Of a stretch of 35,099 nucleotides of DNA, positions 27,982-35,099 are shown in pieces. The notes below the pieces were generated by a model. That model did not search any database, had not been told where the DNA came from, and saw only the letters and a list, made by a program, of their open reading frames with translations. Each line of letters opens with the position of its first letter. Positions within the stretch are counted from its first letter, which is position 1. Source of the stretch: a virus (taxonomy: Duplodnaviria; Caudoviricetes); IMG/VR virus record IMGVR_UViG_3300027213_000005, positions 1 through 35,099 of that record; one strand, 5' to 3'. The translations under genes and the position numbers were made by a program.

Positions 27982-29362
27982 AAAATTGTGGCAACGGGGC
28001 GAAATGAGCTTTTTGTTGCATGCAGCACAAAAACAAGTCTATGACAAAATATTAACAAGCAACGAGCAGTTGCATTTATTTTTAGGCTCAAGACAGTTTG
28101 GCAAATCATTTCTCTCTCTTGCTCTTGGCTTTCAACACGTAGCAAGCCCGCACACGATTAACAAACTCGTGAAAATTGCAGCTGGTACACTTAAAGCCAC
28201 AAACGATATCGTGAACGATAACATGAAATTTTTTATTGAGAGTGCACCACCAGGTCACATCAAACCGACAAAGTCTGACAAGCGCTATAAAGTTGGCACC
28301 AATGGTGAAATCCGCTTGGGGATGATGGAACGTGCGCACGTCGATTCGTTGCGTGGTGGGAATGCTGGGCTTTACATTCTCGAAGAAGCCGCTGCAGCGG
28401 TTAGTAGTGATGATTTTGAGTACGCTTACAAAGCTGTAATCATTCCACAGCTACTACGCTCTGGGGGTAAGATTGTTATCATCACCACGCCCTCAAAAAA
28501 CCCCGACCATTTCGTCCACTCTGTGATTCAACCGCAGTGTGAAAAAAAAGGCACGCTCTATAAAGCCACTATCTTTGACAATCCACAACTCACCACAGAG
28601 CAAATACAAAACGCTATTAATGCCTATGGCGGCGCTGACACGTTAGATTTTCGCCGTGAGTACCTGTGCGAAGTTGTGCGCGATGGACGCTCACTCATTA
28701 CGCCTGCATTTTCTGATGTGAGGCATATTACAAATGAAAGCTATGAGAGTGTGTATGCCGCGAACTGTTGGATAATCGGAGACACGGGAGGCATACGTGA
28801 TAAGCACGTCTTACAAGTTTGGGGGCATCGGATTACAGACAATAAAAAATTAATCATTGCAGAGGTGATGTTTGATTCCAATACCAACACGATAGTTTTG
28901 GGTGATATGATTAAACAACTCCGCACAAAATATCAAATCAAACCTTATCACATTTTTTTAGATTGTCATGGTCAGACTCAAGTTGATCTCAATACTCTCT
29001 GTGATGTGTCTGTTACCTTGCCACCTAAAGTAGATAGAGACAATGCAATTATGGCTTTGAATTCGGCCTTTTTTCAAGATGAGATTTTTATCAATAAATC
29101 GTGTGAGTTTACAATAAAAAGTTTGCGCTCGTGTATGTTTAATAAAACACGCACAGATTTTGAACGGACAGATGAGTTAGGCCATGCTGATGCTGTGATG
29201 TGTGCTGTCTATGGATTGCGTGTTGAAAAATTTATAGAGCGCTCTAAAATCATCACGAACTTTTCAAACTTTAGTCAGATGAGCAATCAATCACCACAGA
29301 CAAATTTAGAAAAAGTCACAAAAGCCCTTAGACCCTTTCACAAAAGCCTAGCAAATTTTTAA
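27965..29362 (+). CDS. terL: Terminase large subunit
   Basis: SRQFGKS Walker A, YILEEA Walker B, ITTP coupling motif, FRREYLCE, IGDTG and HADAV nuclease acidic residues. Confidence 0.92.
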   Translation: MDRVIEKLWQRGEMSFLLHAAQKQVYDKILTSNEQLHLFLGSRQFGKSFLSLALGFQHVASPHTINKLVKIAAGTLKATNDIVNDNMKFFIESAPPGHIKPTKSDKRYKVGTNGEIRLGMMERAHVDSLRGGNAGLYILEEAAAAVSSDDFEYAYKAVIIPQLLRSGGKIVIITTPSKNPDHFVHSVIQPQCEKKGTLYKATIFDNPQLTTEQIQNAINAYGGADTLDFRREYLCEVVRDGRSLITPAFSDVRHITNESYESVYAANCWIIGDTGGIRDKHVLQVWGHRITDNKKLIIAEVMFDSNTNTIVLGDMIKQLRTKYQIKPYHIFLDCHGQTQVDLNTLCDVSVTLPPKVDRDNAIMALNSAFFQDEIFINKSCEFTIKSLRSCMFNKTRTDFERTDELGHADAVMCAVYGLRVEKFIERSKIITNFSNFSQMSNQSPQTNLEKVTKALRPFHKSLANF

Positions 29363-29747
29363 CAATATTTTCAGTTAGTGAATCCAAAATAATTTGTGTT
29401 GCGTCTTTCTCTGAAAGAATTAAAGAAGCAATGACTTTTTCGAGTGTGTCTTTTTTCCAAAACTCAAACCATTTCTTCTTTTCAATCTTTGCAGATTTTT
29501 CAACCATAAAGTTTTTTAATACAGTTCTATCGCCAGCAATCCAAACCATAAATTTAATCGAATATCCATTGACTCCATGGTAGCGAAAAAAACAGTTTGC
29601 ATACTTTGGTTGTCCGTTCTCATCTTTTTCTTGAAAGCTAGTCGTGAAAATTTCAAAAGATAAATTAACAAGCCGAGTTTTTACGGACAACTCTTGAATT
29701 GCAATGCATGGAGTTTCTAAAATTTTTATAAGCGACGTAGTACCCAT
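29328..29747 (-). CDS. Hypothetical protein
   Basis: 139-aa ORF converging on terL; start uncertain. Confidence 0.55.
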   Translation of the reverse strand: MGTTSLIKILETPCIAIQELSVKTRLVNLSFEIFTTSFQEKDENGQPKYANCFFRYHGVNGYSIKFMVWIAGDRTVLKNFMVEKSAKIEKKKWFEFWKKDTLEKVIASLILSEKDATQIILDSLTENIVKNLLGFCERV

Positions 29748-30169
29748 GAGCCTAACACTTTCTTAGCCTGGTCTTCTCGTAAATAAGGGTGCGCAGCGAG
29801 AATTGCAGCGACAACGTGACCCGTTGCCATCCGCTCGTAATCTTGCAACCCAAAATCTTCTGGACGGCTATTTTTTAATAAATTATTAAATCGACGCGTT
29901 TTATTTTCTTCTAGTCGTTTTTTCTTGTCTCGACTTTCCCTACGGAGACAATCAGAAACTGCTTGAACAGATGGTCTAAATTCTGCATAAGTGCTAATAT
30001 CATTAAAGACAATTTGCCAAATTTCTGAATCTGTCAAATCTGGATTGTGTTGTTTTAATATTTTTTTCACTGTTACATATTTAATGACTCGGCCGTTTTT
30101 TTTCAAGTGGCCGTTGCGCCATTGCACACCAATGTGCTGTAATACGAGAGCCGCGTTAACTTTTGTCAT
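29726..30169 (-). CDS. Hypothetical basic protein
   Basis: 147 aa, AAGGA RBS, divergent from replication operon. Confidence 0.65.
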   Translation of the reverse strand: MTKVNAALVLQHIGVQWRNGHLKKNGRVIKYVTVKKILKQHNPDLTDSEIWQIVFNDISTYAEFRPSVQAVSDCLRRESRDKKKRLEENKTRRFNNLLKNSRPEDFGLQDYERMATGHVVAAILAAHPYLREDQAKKVLGSWVLRRL

Positions 30170-30245
30170 TCATATCCTTTTGTTTTTAAATTACATATGT
30201 TAATATAGATGACGTTACCAAATAAATCAATAGAGGGCATCGTGT

Positions 30246-30827
30246 GTGTTAAGTTATTACGATTTGACTAGACAATTGCATTATGATCCCAAAACCGGAA
30301 TATTTACTTGGAAGATAAAAAAACGAAAAACTAGAAAAGGATCAGAAGCTGGTTTCTATGTGCCCAGTCGTCTGTACCGCTATATCAGAATTGATGGTAA
30401 GGATTATACTTGTCAGCGTATAGCATGGTTTTATATGACAAAAAGTTGGCCAACTAAATTCGTTGGTTTTAGAAATAAAAATCCGATGGATTTACGATTT
30501 TTAAATTTAATCCATTGCGATAAATACGATTTACAATCCAATAGATCCGACGCAAGACACCTCACCGGTGCACATTTTAGAAAAGAAAAAAAAACCAAGC
30601 CGTGGAATTCAAGAATTTACTACAAAGGTAAGTGCATTTCCCTTGGTTATTTTAAAACAGAAAAAGAAGCGCACAGGGCACACACAAGAGCAAAAAAGGA
30701 TATACAAAGTGGAATTATCGACTTTGCTAAAGAAGTACCGAGTAAATGGAGAGACCTTTTATCACCACGCCGGACGGTATGCGAATCAGCCCGTGGAGAA
30801 ACGCAAACTGGTTCAAGAAATTCTTGA
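30246..30827 (+). CDS. HNH-AP2 homing-endonuclease-derived protein with degenerate active site
   Basis: YDPKTGIFTW, RIAWFYM..WP, AP2-like WNSRIYYKGK.ISLGYFKTEKEAHRA; catalytic DH replaced by GF. Confidence 0.8.
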   Translation: MLSYYDLTRQLHYDPKTGIFTWKIKKRKTRKGSEAGFYVPSRLYRYIRIDGKDYTCQRIAWFYMTKSWPTKFVGFRNKNPMDLRFLNLIHCDKYDLQSNRSDARHLTGAHFRKEKKTKPWNSRIYYKGKCISLGYFKTEKEAHRAHTRAKKDIQSGIIDFAKEVPSKWRDLLSPRRTVCESARGETQTGSRNS

Positions 30828-32223
30828 AATGGGCGCAGAGCTTGAAGAAGTTGAACCAATAATCGAACTCCTTAAGCAAAAATGTATTGAACGGCAAAAA
30901 TTTTCCGATCAATCTTTTGATGAGATTGAACAAGTCATCCATTCATTCCATTACGTCATCGATAAATTCCAAATTGTTTTAAATAAAAACAATCCTGAAC
31001 AAAAACTTATCTATCTGATTGAGGGAACACGAGCAAAACTATTGGCATCCTCACTCCCTGGAACAGATGAGCTAGTGAGGTTGCTTGCCAATATTTATCC
31101 TGAAGATATGGCACTATTACATAAAGAAATTCAATTGCGCACAGAAAAAAAGAAACGACACCATGTGACCATGGAGAGTTGCATCAAATTATTAGTCAAC
31201 TCAATTATCAATGCACTGTACACAAAAACTCCCATGCCAATTGATTATGACATCAAACCATTGACACTCTCAACGAGTTCCGAATTTTCAGCGCACAAGT
31301 TGAATTATGAATACAAAGAAACACCACAACTCAATCCACATCTTAAAGAATTATTAGGGCGTATCACAGACAGCGATAGATTGTGTGCGTTACTTTGGAT
31401 TTGTTTTAATGGTCATAAATCGCCGTATGTGATTTATTTATACGGCGAGGGCGGCGAGGGAAAATCGTCATTCACGGGAATGTTACGACGAAAAATTGGC
31501 AAAGATGTGGTAGCAAGCTTTGATAGTTCTAACCAATTTTCAAATTTTGGCATGTTCAATAAAGCGCTAATTGTTCTCTCTGAAAATAATAATCCACGCG
31601 TTTTGCAAAAAGCAGAAGTGAAACAATTAACCGGAGATAGTATTGTCAGCATTGAACAAAAAGGAAAAGATAGGTTCACAGGAACATTGTCAGGATTATT
31701 GATGATTGACTCAAACGTGCTACCTGAACTTGACGGAGACTCTTACGAACTTCGAAGACTTCGTTTATTTAAATTTGAACCATTAAAAGCCACAGAATTT
31801 TATTCTAAAGAAATGTATGAAAGTTTTTTAGGAGAAAATTTTAATGACTTTCTAAATTATTGCAGAATTTGCTACGAAACCATCGGGCAAAATTGGACTG
31901 TGCTACCAAGCCCAAATCAACAAGCACAATTTAAAAGTTTGCAAGACAAAGCACAGCTTGTCATGAATCAAGAATTGTGGGCTAAACTGATTCGCTCCGG
32001 AGAATTTGCCATTGATCCCCGTTCTGAAATTGAAGAATCCACATTTTATAAAGCATTGCAAAACATTACAAACCTCAAAGAATTTAAAAAGAATTACGGA
32101 CTTTCTAACTTTTTAAAATATTTAAAACATGAACACGCCATCAAATCCGAGCATGGAAGAATTTATGGTTTAAAAGCCATTGATAAAAAAGGCGTGTATT
32201 ATGACCCATACCATACAAATTAA
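30709..32223 (+). CDS. SF3 / D5-like replicative helicase
   Basis: GEGGEGKS Walker A, LIVLSE Walker B, KQLTGD..SIEQKG, LMIDSN motif C, RR finger; GTG 30709 follows AAGGA (frame open from 30568). Confidence 0.85.
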   Translation: MELSTLLKKYRVNGETFYHHAGRYANQPVEKRKLVQEILEMGAELEEVEPIIELLKQKCIERQKFSDQSFDEIEQVIHSFHYVIDKFQIVLNKNNPEQKLIYLIEGTRAKLLASSLPGTDELVRLLANIYPEDMALLHKEIQLRTEKKKRHHVTMESCIKLLVNSIINALYTKTPMPIDYDIKPLTLSTSSEFSAHKLNYEYKETPQLNPHLKELLGRITDSDRLCALLWICFNGHKSPYVIYLYGEGGEGKSSFTGMLRRKIGKDVVASFDSSNQFSNFGMFNKALIVLSENNNPRVLQKAEVKQLTGDSIVSIEQKGKDRFTGTLSGLLMIDSNVLPELDGDSYELRRLRLFKFEPLKATEFYSKEMYESFLGENFNDFLNYCRICYETIGQNWTVLPSPNQQAQFKSLQDKAQLVMNQELWAKLIRSGEFAIDPRSEIEESTFYKALQNITNLKEFKKNYGLSNFLKYLKHEHAIKSEHGRIYGLKAIDKKGVYYDPYHTN

Positions 32224-32232
32224 AGGTAAAGT

Positions 32233-32697
32233 ATGCCATTAATTACAAGAGACAATTATTTAAAAATGAGAGATATTACATACCATAAAGATTGGAATAA
32301 AAAACTTGAAAAAACAATGCACGCCACAATCAATCAAATTAATGAATTTTTAAAAGAAATTAAATTTTCAAATGTGGAAGTTGTAAGCGGTTGGCGACCA
32401 CAACAATTGAATGAAAGCATTAAAAATGCGGCGACACAAAGTAAACATATTACATGCCAGGCTGTTGATTTACTCGATTTAAAACCTTTTCCATTGATGC
32501 ATGCAATCTTAGAGAATTTAATTGCGGCAGAAACTCATGGCGTTTATTTTGAAGATTTTTCATATACGCCAAGCTGGGTTCACATACAAGTTGTGCCGCC
32601 CAAATCGTTTCGCAGGGTATTTGTTCCAAATTCCAATCCACCGCTTGTTGCTAATAAATGGAAAGGTCTAGAATATTATGACAGACAGTTTATATAA
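32233..32697 (+). CDS. Peptidase M15 zinc peptidoglycan hydrolase (probable endolysin)
   Basis: SGWRP...N, SKH......D, WVH zinc-ligand pattern. Confidence 0.85.
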   Translation: MPLITRDNYLKMRDITYHKDWNKKLEKTMHATINQINEFLKEIKFSNVEVVSGWRPQQLNESIKNAATQSKHITCQAVDLLDLKPFPLMHAILENLIAAETHGVYFEDFSYTPSWVHIQVVPPKSFRRVFVPNSNPPLVANKWKGLEYYDRQFI

Positions 32698-33235
32698 AAT
32701 TGGCGATAAATTTAAAATAATTGAAACAACAAGTGATAAGTTTTTAATCGGAGATATCTTTAAACTGCATGAGATACGGTCAGGCCATTATCCGTATTTA
32801 TTAAAAAGAACAAGTTACTCGACCATTTTTGAAATTGAGCTTAATGCGCAACTTGTAAGTGTTTTTGGTGTCAAATTTGAGCCTCTCAAAAAACTTTTTG
32901 ATGGAATTAGCACCAAAGATGATATGACGCTCAAACCACATTATCGAGCGATTAGTCCTTATTTATTGCATGATATGGCGATGATTTTTAGACAAGGAAT
33001 TAAAAAGCACGGCCTCGATTCCCATCGTAACATTGAAGCAAAACATGCCGGAGAAATTATTGATGCATTATTGCGGCACATTGAAAAAATCAGGCTTGGT
33101 GAATTTTTTGATTTAGAAAGTAAGCAACCACACCTTGCACACGCGGGGTGTAATCTTTCAATTCTCATGAATATCTATGCAAAATATGGTGCGGAAGAAT
33201 TGATTAAATCAATAAATGGGGAATTGAATGAGTGA
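32678..33235 (+). CDS. DUF5664-like dATP/dGTP diphosphohydrolase domain protein
   Basis: G.KKHG, DALLRH....GE..D.ES...HLAHA.CN signature. Confidence 0.8.
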   Translation: MTDSLYKIGDKFKIIETTSDKFLIGDIFKLHEIRSGHYPYLLKRTSYSTIFEIELNAQLVSVFGVKFEPLKKLFDGISTKDDMTLKPHYRAISPYLLHDMAMIFRQGIKKHGLDSHRNIEAKHAGEIIDALLRHIEKIRLGEFFDLESKQPHLAHAGCNLSILMNIYAKYGAEELIKSINGELNE

Positions 33236-35099
33236 AGCTGTGCTTGATTTTGAGTTCTTTGGTGCAAACAATGAACACCCAACTTTAGTGTGTGCGGCAC
33301 TTGCGCATAAAACCTACTGGCTCTTGGATAACTCGGATACAACACGTTTTAAAAATGATTTAAAAAAATTTAAAAAGCTGATTGTTTATTATGGAGTTGC
33401 AGAATCTCGTTGTTTACTTGCTCTTAAAATCAATCCCTTAAATTTTGAATGGGTTGATTTGTATGCAGAGTTTAAGATGTTGCAAAACTCAAACAATCAA
33501 TATCTTTATGGCACGTATATTGATAGTGCAGGGCTTAAGAAATTTTCAGAACCCAAAAACTTTCGTGAATATATAAATCAAGTAAATAACGAAGATGACG
33601 ATGAAGAAATGCTGAAGCATAACAAAGTACCCTCAAATTTAATTAATGCAGTATTTAAAACGACGCAACACGTTTTAAGTTCTTTGCAAAAAAATCAAAT
33701 GAGAGAAATCATCATTTCAGGAAACGTCGAAAATATCACAAACCATAAAAAACAAATTATGGAATATTGCTTGAGTGATGTTTCGTTTCTTTATGCTGTC
33801 AGAAATAAAATTGAGTTCGAGTTTTACAGACTAGGACTACGAAACTTTGAAGAATCTATGCTTTCGCGTGGTCTGTATTCAGCGTGCATTGGGATTTGTG
33901 AGCAAGTGGGAATTCCAATCAATAAACAACTGTTGGATAAAATTATTGCAAAGACTCCTGAAATTATCAAAGACTCAAGAGATTCTGTCAATGCACTCTC
34001 TCCATTTCAAATTTATATTCCTGAAATTCCCGCTACAGAAAAACATTTTAAAAATGGTGCTATAAAAATCATCAAAAGCAAACCCGAACGGCGCGACAAC
34101 AAAGCAATTCAAAAACTCATTGAAAGTTTTGATATTCCCTCTTGGCCAAAAACAGAAACAGGTTTTTATAAAACAGATTCTGACACGATAGAAAGTTATA
34201 GAACAATCCCAGTGATTGAAGAGATGTATAAGTGCAACAAAACCGAATCATCTTTAAAATGGTTTCGTGAAAAAAATTCTGACGGGTTTTTTGCCGCTTA
34301 TGATTTTGCAAATGATATCGTGAGACCATTTTATGGAGTCTTTGGCACACAAACTGGGCGTAATGCCGCGAAAGCGAAAACGTACCCTCTGGCGATGAGT
34401 TCATGGCTTCGGGCAATTATTCAACCAAAACCAAGGACTGTAATCATAGCAGCAGACTTTAGTCAACAAGAAATCGCCGTTGCAGCGTGGCTCTCCCAAG
34501 ACAAGAATTTAATCAACGCTTACAATTCGGGCGATGTGTATCTTGAGTTTGCAAAACAAGCGGGCGCTGTACCCATGGATGCAACGAAACAAACCCATGA
34601 ACGCGAGCGCGACCTCTTCAAATCAACAAAGCTTGGCTTGCAATACGGTATGGGTGCTGAAAAGTTGCGCTTGAAGCTTACGTATGATTGCAAACGCCCT
34701 GTGTCACTGGAAGAGACTCAAGCATTAATCACAGCACATAAAACTGTGTATGCAGAGTATTGGAATTGGGTCTATGAAATTAGCAAGCAATACAAAAGCC
34801 GCGTGCCGCTTGTTACATCAGATGGTTGGGTTTTGTGGACGGATAATCCGATTATGACAAGCGTGCGCAACTTTCACGTTCAAGCACACAGTGCCAGTAT
34901 CACGCGTCAAGCTGTCGTTGATGCGTGCAAAGCAAATTTGAAAGTGATGTCAAGTTTGCATGATGCGCTTTATATTATCTCGCAAGAACCAACAAAAGAT
35001 TTGATTATTCTGAAACAAATCATGCGCAACGCAACCGAAAAAATACTTGGTGAAAACTGTATAGAAATACGAATTGATGATAAAATCTTAACAGATTCC
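33228..35099 (+). CDS. Family A DNA polymerase with 3'-5' exonuclease, 3' truncated (absent from ORF track)
   Basis: Hand translation open for 624 codons to window end; LDFEF, YCLSD, TGRN, ADFSQQE (A), RDLFKSTKLGLQYG (B), LHDAL (C). Confidence 0.95.
   Translation, partial: MSEAVLDFEFFGANNEHPTLVCAALAHKTYWLLDNSDTTRFKNDLKKFKKLIVYYGVAESRCLLALKINPLNFEWVDLYAEFKMLQNSNNQYLYGTYIDSAGLKKFSEPKNFREYINQVNNEDDDEEMLKHNKVPSNLINAVFKTTQHVLSSLQKNQMREIIISGNVENITNHKKQIMEYCLSDVSFLYAVRNKIEFEFYRLGLRNFEESMLSRGLYSACIGICEQVGIPINKQLLDKIIAKTPEIIKDSRDSVNALSPFQIYIPEIPATEKHFKNGAIKIIKSKPERRDNKAIQKLIESFDIPSWPKTETGFYKTDSDTIESYRTIPVIEEMYKCNKTESSLKWFREKNSDGFFAAYDFANDIVRPFYGVFGTQTGRNAAKAKTYPLAMSSWLRAIIQPKPRTVIIAADFSQQEIAVAAWLSQDKNLINAYNSGDVYLEFAKQAGAVPMDATKQTHERERDLFKSTKLGLQYGMGAEKLRLKLTYDCKRPVSLEETQALITAHKTVYAEYWNWVYEISKQYKSRVPLVTSDGWVLWTDNPIMTSVRNFHVQAHSASITRQAVVDACKANLKVMSSLHDALYIISQEPTKDLIILKQIMRNATEKILGENCIEIRIDDKILTDS

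Larger units (their letters stand above)
1..35099. mobile_element. Partial podovirus-type Caudoviricetes genome, candidate phage-plasmid
   Basis: Portal, capsid, terminase, nozzle, no tape measure or sheath, no host housekeeping genes; confidence refers to the phage call. Confidence 0.9.

Noticed and set aside
33847-34416. ORFs 33847-34065 (+) and 34117-34416 (-)
   Set aside because: Lie inside the continuous PolA reading frame that the ORF track missed because it has no stop in the window
32678-35099. Z-genome (2-aminoadenine) phage
   Set aside because: No purZ or HD-domain dATPase in the window, and an adenine/cytosine MTase is present; kept only as a testable possibility

Overview
Most of an AT-rich tailed-phage genome of podovirus type, truncated at the right end inside a family A DNA polymerase. 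Left arm (minus strand, 580-18305) is one virion operon read as scaffold, 169-aa protein, major capsid, holin, tail-fibre cassette, tail adaptor, tail nozzle, portal and four putative ejection proteins. The middle (18.4-24.8 kb) is accessory: a toxin-first RelE/HigB-HTH pair with a third RHH gene, a small serine resolvase, two methyltransferase-like genes and hypotheticals. The right arm (mostly plus strand) holds the displaced terminase, an HNH-AP2 protein lacking its catalytic residues, an SF3/D5-like helicase, an M15 peptidase, a DUF5664-like dNTP diphosphohydrolase and PolA. A 23-bp x 5.5 iteron-like array with an AT-rich tract sits at the left end. Array, TA module, resolvase and no visible integrase together suggest a podovirus-type phage-plasmid (inference). 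All calls come from reading motifs by eye; no searches were run.
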